A DNA stretch of 63,947 nt, the filler included, from Reticulomyxa filosa (taxonomy: Eukaryota; Protista; Foraminifera): NCBI GenBank assembly GCA_000512085.1. It is 14 parts of 14 records of this genome, joined end to end, with 100 filler letters (N's around TTAATTAATTAA, not from the genome) between each part and the next. Parts side by side here need not be neighbours in the genome. Positions count along the whole stretch, not along the records: positions 25,784 to 37,543 come from ASPP01006147.1; positions 37,644 to 38,708 come from ASPP01005701.1; positions 38,809 to 43,081 come from ASPP01028301.1; 11 more parts are not named here. The stretch is one strand, 5' to 3'. Position 1 is the stretch's first letter, and every line of letters starts with the position of its first letter. The translations under genes and the position numbers were made by a program. The notes under the pieces are model-generated. The model was not told the DNA's origin. It made no database searches and saw only the letters and a list, made by a program, of their open reading frames with translations. Shown piece after piece: positions 27,435 through 41,149 of the stretch.

Positions 27435-28562
27435 ATGGATGATAGTAAATCAGATACAGAAGCCAGCGCGTTTTCAAAATTAAAAATCCATAGTGATGTA
27501 AAAGCGGATGAAGGTAGCCCGGAGCTGGAAGATGACGCGCGTGGGTATGACCAAGACGACACAAGTGTGGTAACCGGCGTGGATGGTATGTGTTCTTGCG
27601 GTTTGTGGTGGATGCGGACACTAATAATAGTGTGGATATGTTTGTTTATAAGTCCGCTGGTATTTTTGGGATTGGGTTTAGGTGGAGTGAAATACCTGGG
27701 CGAAACATATGTGGGGTCATGGAGGGATATGTGTAATGAAAAGACGAATTGTTTCCGGTGGTTGTTTTACCTAATATACTACGTGGTATTTGTGGTGGCA
27801 TATGGAGCAACTTGTGTGACCTTTGAACAGCGCCGTCAGAGACACCCATTACGAAGTCGAAGTCGTTACTTATTATTTCCATTTACCATTGGAGTCGGAT
27901 TGTTTGTGACCTGGTGTTGTATCGGCGTGATGTACCAGCCCAATTGGTTGACATGCAATGGCACACGTACCTTTAATAACATTGTGTACTTTATGATGAT
28001 CCTCCCGTACTGGTTTCGCGCATATCGCATACGCTTCATTTACGACAACGCTGTTCGTCAAGAGTCCGAGTCCAGAAAAAATACCTCCTTTCAAAATCAA
28101 TCATTTCAGACTAATCTCTATGACTCGACCTCGGTTGCACCTTTCAATCCTCAACCTTCTTCTCACCAACATGTATATATATATGTGTTTTTTTTTTTCA
28201 TAATTTCAATATATCAATCCCAAAATTTCCAAATTTGTTATACCCAATCAGTGAGAAAGGGGTTTGTGTATGTATGGATGTATATCTTTCTTTTTTTTAA
28301 GGAAAATGAAAAGGAAAATAAAATGAATCCGAATGAAAGCAGACCCAACAGCTACAACGAGAAACAAGCGCCATTGCTGGCGGACACACATCGACTGTCG
28401 CCTGCCTCTGCGCTGGATCGCCGACCCAGTCTCAGCGTCACCAACGAGTCTGTACATTCGAGTGTAAACTTGGATAAGGACGGTGACGACACTGACGACA
28501 GCCATTGCATAACTTGGGATACGTCCTTATCTGGACAGCGTCAGTCTAAAAAAGCCAATATC

Positions 28563-28602
<40 letters not shown>

Positions 28603-30417
28603 GCATTAACAATATAATAAAAATAAAATGACAACAAGACCAAAACTAAGAATAAAAATAGAAATAAGAATAACAATATTGATGACGACACAGAAAATAA
28701 ACTATTTTGGGAACAAGTATCTCGACAATTAGAAAGTCGATATCTACGTCGGCTGGTCTATGCGCTGACCCCATTTTGTATAATGTCAATATTCTCTTGG
28801 GTGTACTCTCTGCCATTGCTGCCTGTGTTCACCAATGACTGCGACCACTCGTACCATGAGGTCGCCCTATGGACGTGGACTGGAGTCACTCTGCTGCAGT
28901 GTGTCGGTTTAGTCACCATGATCTACTACATTCGTCACGTGTGGAGTCAGTTCAGCGTCAAACAAGAGCTCACCGCCGTCGCTATTTTGGAGGCCTTCTT
29001 CAGCGCTGTCATGGTCGTCTTCGTTCTCTTTTTCGACCCCCAAACACGCCAACACCATAACACTCTTCACGTCTTGTATTTGAATTTAACGAGGACTATT
29101 GGGCTATTTGCAATTTCCAGTTTATTACAAATCAATTCAATACATTACATAAATAAATAAATAAATAAATAAATATACATATATGTATATGTATATGTAT
29201 GTGTATATGTATATTTATTTATAGCTCATATTACACACTGAATAAAATATAATAACACTTCAGTGATATGGCCAGTGTATCGCACATTTTTTGTGGCCGA
29301 CATGCCTCAATTGCCCAATCAAGACGTAATCGCATCGCTGCGCACAATCCTTACAGACGGCGAGGCGTTGACGTACTTCCATGACTTTATGAACGAAAGG
29401 GGCGCCCACGCCATTGTGCTGCTGAGCTTTTGGATGGAGATTGGCCTGTTTCACGACGTCTGTGACAATTATCAAGCACACTTGCACTCCATGTTCATCA
29501 CCAACACCGCGCGTCGAGGACCTTCTGGAGGAGCTGTAGGAGTGAGTGGTAGTGTTTTCTTCTCTTTCTATTATTATTATTATTACTATTATTTATTATT
29601 ATTGTTATTTGTTTCCTTTTTTTTTTTTTTTTTTAGCATTGACATATTTCACAATTTAAAAAAAAAAGGTTTGTTAAATCGTTCTCCTCGTTCGTTGATG
29701 GGCAGTCGTCAAGGGAGTTTTGGCACATTTCCATTTATTGACACATTCCAAAAGGAAAACAAAAGCTGGACAATTTGCAACAAAATGTTTGCGCTCAAAT
29801 GTCCGATTTATACAAAAAATATTTTGAGCATACCAACACCACTGCCACACGTTCTCCTGCGATTCCACCCAATGGCAATAGCAATAGCAATGTCAATGTC
29901 AATGTCAGTGGCAATGCGGAAATAAACGCAATTCAACAGATTGTCGGAGAGAGGATATGTGAAGAAATCATAAGCCGAATGGAAGAGTTCCGCAATCATC
30001 AAGAGGAATTCTTTCAAGGCGTGGAGAGTGGAGATGCCACAAGTATCAACACCGATCGTTCTGCTCCCAAGAAAAATGTACTTCAATCTACTTCCAATCA
30101 CAAACTCTCTTATCGCGATGTGGAATGGCAATCTCCTTCATCACACGAGTATGGCCAAGGTATCGCCATTCCTACGGACATTTTTGACGCCGCTCAAAAG
30201 GCTGTTTTTCAACATATGGAGACCTTTTATTATCAGTTATAGTTCCTTTTTTTTTATTTTTCGATATATTTTTATCTCTCAAAAAGGGTACACAAACAAA
30301 CACTTACACACATGAATCAGACCCTTTTTAAGGAGTAGGCATTGCAAACATCTTTTGTCCACGCTCCAAAACCAAGAAGCTGTTTTTCGAGCACTCGTTG
30401 CTCGAAAGTTCTTGTAA
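27435..30417 (+). CDS. 7TM-RGS protein (GPCR-like membrane domain fused to a C-terminal RGS domain), multi-exon
   Basis: About 8 hydrophobic helices, then RGS motifs LRTILTD..LTYFHDFM..LLSFWMEI and DIFDAAQKAVFQHME..YQ|PFLRS. Last intron 30236-30320. Confidence 0.8.
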
Positions 30418-30843
30418 AACTTTTCTTTTTTTTTTTTTTATTCTGAACTGTTTCAATTTTTTTATTTTATTTTGTATGCAAAACGACGGGAGAAGAAAAT
30501 ACAGTATATTTCTTGAAATATAGTATAACAAAAGATTTTTTCCTTCAGAAATAAATACTGATAATCGCTTATCATTCTTTTTTTTTTCACTTTTCTATGT
30601 TTTTGCATTGTGCAAAGGTTCAATTTTAAATATCTAAATAAAAATGAGGTAAATTTATTACATCAAAATTATGTTGATACGTACCGACTATCTAAACAAC
30701 TTCATAAATTTTTTTAATGTGAATTCAAAATCCCACACTGTTTGTAGTCACTCTTCACCTTCTGTTTGGGTCGTTCAAAATGGGGACACATTTTTTCCTT
30801 GTTCACCTTTGGTGTTCTTTCTTCTGCGTTACGAGTAGGCGAA

Positions 30844-32497
30844 ATGTATTGGAAAACGAAACATCTTTCAATTGGACTGAGAAATCTTTACGTGTTCGTA
30901 ACAGCTTGTGTGCTGATCTCACTATATTGGCTTTTGTGGCCCCCTGTTTTTTTACAGCCCGTTGCGATTGTCTCGCAACAAGCTCCAAATCATATGATGA
31001 CAATACATCTGATGAAAACGAATATTCCAGGAGTTGTTCAAGCTGCATTGGGCACAAAGTCTCTAAATCGAGAGTCCCCTCCTTCGAGAATAAATAACAA
31101 ACCAAGAGAAGTTGTTACCGCAATGATATGTTCATACGAAAAGTTTTGAATTTTTTTTTTTCCAAACACGTGCTTTTCTACGAAAAAGACGTATACGTAT
31201 TTACACACGCATAAGTATTACTGATGTACAAATACATTACATACATACATAAACATAACTAGAAACATAGGATTAGCGTTTGCCCAACTGCAACATCTTG
31301 AAAGACAGTATGTAACGGAGGATGTGAAGTCCCGATATGCTGTTCGTTATGAAATCTGTCACGTCCGTGAATTGAGCGAAAAGACAATATTTTGGTTGGA
31401 GAACGAGATCGATAATTTGACGATAAGGGACTTGAGTGTGGACATTGTGCACGACTGGAACCTATCGGATTGGCAGCACATCCGACAGCAGCCGCATGAT
31501 GTGCAAGAGCAGGTGCGCTCGGAGGTGTCTTTTTTTCGAGGTTTCCCATGCAAACCTTTATGTTTGTCGACAGTATCGCATAGCAACACAGACCATGTAT
31601 TGCTCATTGATGACGACATTGTCTTCCAACAAAACCCATTCCATTTGTTCACATCTGAACAGTATCAACAGCATGGACACGTATTCTTTCGCGATCAATT
31701 GAATACTTACCAAGGGTTCATCGATTATCTGAATCGTACATATATACCTTATGCGATCACAAACTTTTTCCCCAGTTTTTTAAAAAGAGTTTTTGTTTAT
31801 TTTGCAAAAAAAAAAGTGTCCCGTTCCTCTAATTTTTTTTTTTTTTTACGAATAACAAATATATATATATCCAGACGGGGAAAATTCAAGTGAGATCGAA
31901 TCAGCAATAAAACAAAGACAATATTGGTTAGAACAAATTCCACAAATTCACCAAACGGATTGGGTTGGAGAATCGGCCACGGTTGCGATGAACGTGAAGA
32001 GACATGCAGATGCCATGCAGATACTACGAGATATGCACAGAAAAACACGTTGGAGACGTAATTTGTACGCTAAAATGATTGGAGATAAGGAAACGTTTTG
32101 GCTTTCCATGCTATTGTCTGGAAAGATGCCCTATTTCAATCCTTATGGCCTTCAAATTGTTGGCAAACTCAATCCTACTGATCATATTGTTTGTTGCGGC
32201 AATGCTTATGTCGGTTTCATTACTCAGTATTTTGCTCCGACGTACAATGCTACTCCCTCCGTTTTTTATTTCAATGGACAGGTCATTGAAGAAATGATCC
32301 GCTTGCCTTTTGCCAATAACGACACCTTGGACATTATATTACCCAAATTGCAATATATCAGTCAGTCGGTGCCTTGGCATCAAAGAGGTGTGTGTCGATC
32401 CATTCAACAGTGCGTTGCTTTTGACTACACTTCTATTGGCCCCACTATCCATACTTTACGGACGTATAAAACCAAACTTACTAATTTTCGTCAGTGA
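30844..32497 (+). CDS. GT71 (MNN2/MNN5-like) alpha-mannosyltransferase, type II membrane protein, multi-exon
   Basis: N-terminal transmembrane helix; LLIDDD..NPFHLF..YQQHGHVFFRD, GESATV and GDKETFWL motifs. Confidence 0.75.
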
Positions 32498-33135
32498 TTT
32501 TTGGTTATCAAATAAATGTTTTTGTATTTGTAAAAAAAACAAAAAGTGTTCCTTTAAGTAAAACACTGCTATATATTCTTTTTTTAATTGTTTTTAAAAT
32601 ATAATTTCATTACAACTTTTTTTGAGAGTAATGTTCTCCTTTCTGACATCGAACCATTTTTTTACTAGAAAAAACTCAGAACGTAAAGAACTTTCTTTGC
32701 TTTCTAACAAACAAAGTGAAAGAAACGAAATCAATAAACTGCAAACTACAAAAAAACATCTCTGTTTATGCCTAGAAAATAAGAATGAATATTCACTAAA
32801 TTCTAAGTTGGAAAAACGAACCCTTTTTTAAACTCAAAGTTTTATTTCACTAAAGAAGTATTTGTGTGCAAACAAGTTAACAAGGAAAGGAAATATGGTA
32901 TTTCACAATTGACGGCAAAGCAATTGTAGCTTACCGCGATTCCCAAAATTTTGTAAAAACTAGATATCACTTCCACTATTGAACGGCACATTTTATTTCC
33001 TTTAAACTTGAATGTAGCTGTTACAATATCAAAGATTGACTTGTCAGGGGGTTTGTTTAGCTTGTTTTTTTTAAAGTTTCGGACTTTAGCAAAAAATGGT
33101 AGATTAATCTGTTGTATATTGCGTTTTTGTCAAAA

Positions 33136-35445
33136 ATGCGTGTAGACGGTGTCAAAGCAAAAGAAACGAAGCATTTGAACATGACTACTTTGTTTGAGAC
33201 TTTGGCACCTTTGCCTGTGAGACTTGAACATACTCAATGTATGTTGCATAAAGATGAAATCCTTATTTGTGGAGGATATGGGGAAAAAGGTTGTTATTCC
33301 TATCATACGCCAAAGACCAGTACAAATTCATATGTTCGTATCCAAAAAATATTTGGTTGGACGGACATTGTGTGGTGAGGCGTGTGAATAACAATCGGAA
33401 TGAAACAATTTTATTATCTTTTGGTGGGAGACATAAGCACACTTTGACGATGCAATATGTGAGCGTCTGGGATGATGATGATAACAAAAACAAGGACAAA
33501 GCCAAGAGTGGAAGCACAAAAGTTTATAATCAATGGATACCATTCACTGATAACGACAATAAACCAATTGCACTTGATCGAGATGAAAAGGGTTATTTTG
33601 GAACACGAGCAGTGATTGGTGGCAGTAGAAATCATTTGTTGTTCATTACGTACTATCCATACTTTATTGACGTGTTTGATTTTGACAAACTCGAATTCGT
33701 CAAATTTGGTGTTTTGCCAACTGACAATACTAAAATAAGATATCACTGTTTTGTGGCAAGGACTGGGAATGCTTTATCCACAGCAGAAAAGATAAACAAA
33801 GTTTATGAAATGATATTATTTTGTGAAAGTGCAGGGTTATCAATAAAATATGACGAAGAAAAGAACACCTTTCAAATTCGCAATTTTCCAGTGTGCACAC
33901 CAATTAGACCATTTCATTCATATGGGTATGCTTATATTGATGACTTCATTTTACTTTTTGGTGGAAGTGCTTATTGTTTGCGAGACATTTCAAACGAAAT
34001 CTACAAACATGCAATTACGGAAGTTAAATGGATGAAATATGAACAAACTCTGCCTACGGTTTTGGCTGATTGCACTGCGATATTGGACGCAGATAAAACA
34101 TATTTGCATATCTTTAGCGGACTGGATGATAGAACATTCACCACAAACACACACAGAAGAATCAATGTAAATGGATGGATAAAAGCAGAGACAGAAATCG
34201 AGAAGCAGTGGACGGCAGAAGAAGAAGAAAAAATTGAGATTGCAGATATCAAAATAATAGTGGAAGGAGCAAAAGAAGATTTTGATATTAAAAAATTAAA
34301 AGTTAAAATTGAATCCTTTGTTTTTTTTTCCTCTCCCCCCCCATAAATTAAGTAAATTAAATTAATATAAAAAAAAAAAAAAGAGAAAAAAAGATATTGA
34401 AATAGTGGTTGATTATTGGGTTCGCTCGGTATCCCTCAAGCTGGGATGGATTAATGATTTCAACATCCTCATTTCCTGTTATATAATAGTATGTTATTTG
34501 TACTCATTGTTTTTTTTTTCGGCCACTATACTCAGACAAAGTGAATTACAATCCAGAGAAAATATTTCAAGAAATCGAAGGTCCTTCAACAATATTCCAC
34601 TTATGTTAACAGTATTAAATTATCACCAGATGGCACAAGAATTGCTATATCTTTGGAAGATAAAACAGTTTGAATATGTGACATGAAATCGGGAGAAGAG
34701 CTGCATGTAATGGAAGAGTATTCACGTATAGTGAATGATGTATGCTTTTATCCAGAAGGGAATATATTTGTATTATGTGCTGATAATCAATATATTCGAT
34801 TGTGGGACGCGAAATCAGGGATAGAAATAAGAAGATTTGAAGGGCATTCAAGCCGTGTCGCAAGGGCTACATTTTCGCCAGATGGAAAAATCATCGCGTC
34901 TGGCTCGTTTGACAAGACAATCCGAATATGGGATGTACAGTCCGGACAAGAGATAAAAAAAGCTGAAAGGACACTCCAATACTGTAGGAGATGTACAATT
35001 TTCAACTGATGGTCAACAAATTGTGTCGTCATCTTTTGACAAAACCATTGGAATTTGGGATTTGCGATCAGGTGAAAGAATAAAAGAGTTGAAAGATCAT
35101 TCACAATTTGTAAAGAGGGCACAATTTTCCTCTGATAGTCGCTTCATTGTCTCTTGTTCAGGAGACAAAACAATCCGAATATGGGATGTTATGTCAGGAC
35201 TAGAAAGAAAAACATTAGCACCTCCAATTGTTGTTACTGGTATGAACACTCTTCCAGATGCGCAAACCATTGTATTGTATTCAAATGAAACAGCAATACA
35301 ATTATGGGATGCAAATGTAAAAGTTGAAATACAGAGACTAGAAGAGCATTCCAGTGATGTAACAGGAGTAGAAATTGCTCTGGATGGCAATGCTATTGTG
35401 TCATCTTCTAAAGATGGCACGGTTCGATTATGGGAATCATTTTGA
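33136..35445 (+). CDS. Kelch-repeat + WD40-repeat protein with frameshifts (possible pseudogene)
   Basis: Kelch GG motifs (ILICGG, LLSFGG, ILLFGG), an LGWINDF linker, and WD40 repeats (GHS..FSPDG..ASGSFDKTIRIWD). Frame changes near 33310, ~34670 and ~34960. Confidence 0.8.
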
Positions 35446-36246
35446 ACGCCATTAAAAAAAGTTGATGTTACTTTTTTGCTATGTTGAAATTCAATATTTT
35501 CGGGAGGGTATAGAAAGTGCTTTTGGTTAGAATATACGTTTTTTTACTTTTTGTTTTGTTGTGTATAATTATTATTTTTCAAATTTGAAAATGCAAATAT
35601 ATAATACTACTAATATTCTGGAATCACTTCGATTTTTTGAATATTTATTGGCTAAGTTTGCTTTCATAAACATCATTATATAATCGATCACAAAAAAGTC
35701 AGAAATGAACCTCTGTAAACATTCGCGTTTTTATTCATTAAAAATCAAACACTTTTTGAGTTCTCTAGGATGCGTGTATATCATTTAAAAAAGAATTTTG
35801 AAAAAATACTAGTTTTCATAATAAACTTGCAAATGTTGGACCTCGTTTTTTAAAATATACAATCGACTGCAAAAAAAAAATTTCGGCAAATATTTGCAGG
35901 TACATTTTAGGACTTTACATGTAGGAGTGACTATGCTTTTTTTGACAGCTACGAACAAATAAGCTTATCAACATTCAAATCCATCCAAAATATAAAAAAT
36001 AAAAATAAAAGTAAGCATAAAGATAATGACATAAAACCATTACACCAAAACTGGGATTACCATTTTTTTCATTTCACAAACTTTGAAACAAAAATGCAAA
36101 TTAAGCACAAAACATTACAATTTGTTATACTATAGAAAATAATTTTATAAAATAATATTGAGATGAAATAAAAAAAGAAAAAAAAAAGGAGTAATATATA
36201 TATGTAGACTCCTTTCTTTCTGCTTCTCTCTTTTCTTTCCCTCAAG

Positions 36247-37525
36247 TTAATTGCATTTCCTATGAACAATGGATGATCCAGACTCTTTGTACTCGAATTT
36301 TGAAATCCATTGTTCCTGAAAACTGGTCAGAGAAGCCAAGATGCTTCCACCAACCCATACATTATACTTTCGATTTTCTGGAGCAAGGACTTGAAGAGAA
36401 ACTGACGTGGGTACCAGCGATTGAATCTCGTGGGTCAGTCTCGCCGCAAACCCTTTCAACATGGTTGTGCCTCCACTCAAGATGATATTTTTATACAAAT
36501 CTCTGGCAATATCAACATCTCTGCACTTGATGATGGAGTCATTTACTAAGTGATGAATGCCCTTCTGTTCTAATCCAATCCAATGTGGTTTGAACAGCAC
36601 CTCAGGGCACCTTTTTTTTCAAAAAAAAAAAAGAAACAGTTAATGTTTTATAGGTATTCCTCTCCCTTTCTCCTCTTTTCATCTCCTTCAAATAACTTGA
36701 ATCTTTCAGAATTGACATGAATGACTCTTTCATCAGGCAAAGTAAAGCTTTGGAGAATTTCGTGGGAATGTTGTTGGGACTTGGTAAGCTCTTCATTATA
36801 GTTCAAAGCAATATAACACAGCTCTTCTTTTAACGTTCGCAACATGTCTTTTTCGACGGTTGTGGTGAAGCTGTTCCCCGTCTCTTGCAGCAATCGTTGC
36901 ATGTAGTCGGTCAAGTCCCTCCCACCCAAATTCAACCGAAGGACGCCTTGAGGTAAGCAACAGCCATCGTAAATCGGTACTGCGTGCGATACCCCATCGC
37001 CGCTGTCGCAAACTACGCCAGTTGTCTTTCCATTTGCAAATAGTGACAGCAACGCTTGAATCGCCACATATGCTTTTGGGACTTCAAATCGTTCAAACAT
37101 TACCTTTCACATACACACATATAGCATGTATCTACATACATATATATTTGTTTGAATAGATTGGATAAAGTTTTTAAAAAAATAAGGGAAGGATATGAAA
37201 AGACAACAAACTTGCATCATTTTTTCACGATTTTGTATATGATTTAATGGTGGCTCTGTCAGGAATATGCCATGATTTTTTTGGGTCAATTTTCAATTCG
37301 CTTTTTTTTTTTTTTTTTTTTTTTTTTTGTAGAGAAGGAAAAAAACATGGTAAAACTTTTGACGATACAAAATAGTATACAAAAAAGAAACTCTTGGAAA
37401 GTGTGATTCCAAATCATTTCCATGTCGTCCCAATCAGTGATCAGTCCATGTTCAATTGGATATTTCAACGACAATATACCTCGCTTTTCATGGACGTCAT
37501 CGCCGACATAAATTTTACGTCCATT
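36247..37525 (-). CDS. Divergent actin / actin-related protein, multi-exon, 5' truncated
   Basis: Motifs [41 protein letters not shown] and [11 protein letters not shown]; ends IVHRKCN*. Confidence 0.9.
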
Positions 37526-37643
37526 TTTTTAAAAAAATTTTAANNNNNNNNNNNNNNNNNNNNNNNNNNNNNNNNNNNNNNNNNNNNTTAATTAATTAAN
37601 NNNNNNNNNNNNNNNNNNNNNNNNNNNNNNNNNNNNNNNNNNN

Positions 37644-37682
<39 letters not shown>

Positions 37683-37684
<2 letters not shown>

Positions 37685-38708
37685 AATGATTCCAGACCCG
37701 TCCTATGGTGCATCGAATTCGGTGATTACATCCACTCTATCGTCGTCACATCCAACCAAATCCCATAATGCAATTGACGGTGACAAGTCGTTATCATTGG
37801 CCTTTGCGTCGATCCACATGAACAAAGATACAGACTTATTTGCAAATGATAACTACAATCATGACAACAACGACAATGACAATGACAATCACGACGAGTT
37901 CATTGGACAAGACATTGATGCGGTTACCACAAACATCCAACCAAAGACAGTTTTGTTTGTTTATTTGAGGAGATGTGCAATACATGTAACTCTCACTCTA
38001 TGTATACACTCAAAGCAAATCGATTCCGATCATGTACTTGCGTGCCATGTCCAAGACCAATCGAGCCATGATCGGCGACAGTCCGTGCAATTGTCGGATC
38101 TCCAACAGTCGAATGAAGTCAGTGCATATCGCAATGCTGACTCCTCTTCCAATACGAATAGAGATACAAATATAGATACGAATACAAAGACAAGCGCAAA
38201 AGATAACGAAATGAGTGTTGATGTGAGTGATGACATTGACGCCAATGTCGATGTTAATGCCAATGCTAATAATGATAATAATAATAATATCAATGTCGAT
38301 ATGGACTATTGTCCAGACAATGCAATTGCAACGCCGGAAAAAGCGACACCGAACAGTGACAAACAAATTGTTGCGACGACGACGACGACGATGTGTGTAA
38401 ATGGGCAGATTGGCAGCGCAGATGAGAAAGCCACATCTCCCTCGGCAAACCAGAACGGCTGTACAACAGCGTTGCAATCATTTGATATCTGTTCCTTGCT
38501 GTCATTGGCAAACAACCTTGGCCGATACACGCACAGTCCATCCGAGTCCTTTCGACCTGCCAAACACGAGCCTTCCATGGAAGAGTTGATGGCAACCATG
38601 AAGGATGAGGTTCTGGCCACTGAACATTTGCAAACACGCAAACATATCAAGAAAAAGTTGCAACCCAAATTTAAACCTAAAGAAAGTAAACATAAACGTA
38701 ATAATAAT
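37683..38708 (+). CDS. Low-complexity (N/D/T-rich) hypothetical protein fragment
   Basis: Long open frame spanning the whole contig, with a likely small intron near 37950-38015. No recognisable domain. Confidence 0.5.
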
Positions 38709-38808
38709 NNNNNNNNNNNNNNNNNNNNNNNNNNNNNNNNNNNNNNNNNNNNTTAATTAATTAANNNNNNNNNNNNNNNNNNNNNNNNNNNNNNNNNNNN
38801 NNNNNNNN

Positions 38809-39062
38809 TTCATTCTGGAAGTGCCAGAGGTGGCCATTATTTTGCTTATATCAAATGTGGACAACAATGGTTTGAGTGCAACGACTCTAGTGTTACTCGA
38901 ATTTCGGAGTCACAGGTATTATATGTAAATCTGTTTACATTTCTTTTTTATAATAATAATTATTATTTGTATTGTTGTGAAATAAAGGTAACTGATGATG
39001 GTCAAGGATATGTGTTTTTCTATCGAAGAAAAACGTTATATCAGAGTGAAAAACAGTTCTGA
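38809..39062 (+). CDS. Ubiquitin-specific protease (USP/C19) C-terminus; intron 38916-38987
   Basis: His box HSGSARGGHYFAYIK..WFECNDSSV, then GYVFFYRR after splicing. Not in the ORF track. Confidence 0.88.
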
Positions 39063-40711
39063 AGCTTGTTTTTTTTAATAGTAAAAAAAAATAACTTTAA
39101 AGCTTTAATATGATTTTTTTCATATAACAATATTCCCACAGAACTTGATTATACTTGTTTTGTCATTGGTTTTGCAATGAGATTTAGATATTGAAAGCTC
39201 AACATTCAATATTCTCGCCTTTTTCACAAATATTCCTCATTTTAAGGCTCTGTTTTACCTTTTAGTCATTGTACAATTGACTCACAATTTTCAGTAAAGG
39301 AAAAAAAATTACAAGATAGAATCATAATTGACTACAAGCTAAGTATTTCAGCAACTGAAGAAATAAGAAAACTTATTGAAATTTGGAAATCATTTGGGAA
39401 AAAAAAGAGTCAGAAATATCATTACTTTACAATTCATGCGATGTATGAAGGAAAAAAGCTACAAACAAAATTCTAGTGAGAAATTTTTCATTAATTTTGT
39501 TTTTATTGTAGCTTTTTTCCTTTTTTTTTCAGTTCTTCCTTTTGCTTAAATAACCTTTTTTTATATTATCAAAAATATAACATTTATTATTCATGTTTTA
39601 TTTTAAAATATTAATACAATATAACTGTTGTAATTGTATCTTTAAATTTTCACATTCTTTTGTTTTTCTATTTTATTTTATTTTGTTGTTATTTCCATAT
39701 TCTTGAATAATGTTGGAGGAAAAAAAGAATTATGTTTTGTAACTGTTCCAATAATTGCTGCAATAACCTTTTTTCACTTTCTGAAGATCTGATTTTTGTT
39801 TTAAAAAAAAAAGAGCAGCTCAATGAATATAAATATATTTAAGAAATATCTCTCTCAGTTTTACAAAACTGTTTCCATTTTTCAATTTCATTTTGAAGAT
39901 CCTTTTCTTTTCTAGTTAATAATATATTATTGTTATTGTGAATACTCCAATTTTTAAATAGTTTTTATTTTTTTTTCACAAATATATACAAAACGCATGT
40001 CACTCTAAATTTAACTTTTCTAATTCAATCTCTAACTCTTGTTTGTTTTTTTCTAATTCTATTTTCGCCTTTTCTATTCTTTATTATTATTATTTTTTTA
40101 AAACAAGCTAATTCTCCTATAATATTAATACAATAAAAATGAACTCTTTACACAACAATATTTTCAATTCCCTGTTTTTTTGTTTTGTTTTGTCTTTTTA
40201 GTGTTATTTGCTTTTTATCTCTTACTTTCACTGCCACATTATAATAAATTCAACTCAACTTGGTCTCTTTATGATATAATTGCTTCAATTTGTCTCTGTT
40301 GTCGTTTTTTTTAAAAAAATTCGACAAATAAAGTTTAATTAATTTATTTATTGTGGAATTAAATTTTAGCTTTGGAATTTTATTTGGTGTAAATATTTTA
40401 TTTTGTTTTGAGTTTTTGACAAATTATTATATCAAATCTAATGTGATTTTTATAATTTAAACAATAAGACGCATTGCTCACGATTCATTTTTTATATTTT
40501 TATAAATTTTATCTTTTACTTTATTATTTATCTTGCAGATATGCCTAACTTCTTTTGAACCAAAGCAAGTCAAATTGCGTTTACCAAATGTTGACCTTTT
40601 AATTTTGCAATTAACTTTAAAGGCTTAGTTTGATAACTTTCAAAGTTATTTATTTTAATCACTTCCAAACACAAATAAAAAAATTTTATATTTAAAAAAT
40701 TCATGTAAATG

Positions 40712-40789
40712 TTTATTTTTCATGGAGAAAATCGATTTTTTCATAAGGGTACCACTTAGATATCGCAGTTTTTTCTGCAATCTACTGTA
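40712..40789 (-). mobile_element. Tc1/mariner-type terminal inverted repeat (TA|CAGTAGATTGCAGAAAAAAC...)
   Basis: About 75 bp closely matches the reverse complement of 51244-51321. On the + strand it ends ACTG followed by TA. Confidence 0.65.
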
Positions 40790-41149
40790 AAATTTTTAAA
40801 AAAGTTGAAATGAAATATGATTGTATTTGTATTTTTTTTACTGTAATACTTGCAATTGCACCAGTAAATGTTTTCCACAAACAGTCAGGACAAAATATTG
40901 TGAGATTATAATTTAATTTTTCACTTTGTGTGAGCATTTGTTGAATTAATATAAGTGGAAGAAAACTAAAGCTTTTCAATGATTTTTTTAATATTTGTGA
41001 CAACAAAAAAAAAGAGAAAAGCAAGCTTTTGTACTTATCTTAATGTGTTGTGTGTTTGGTTTTTTACAAAAAATAGTCACTTCACAAACAAAAACCAATA
41101 CGAATAAAAACAAAAGAATGTATAATTTTTTTTACAATTATGCAAGCCT

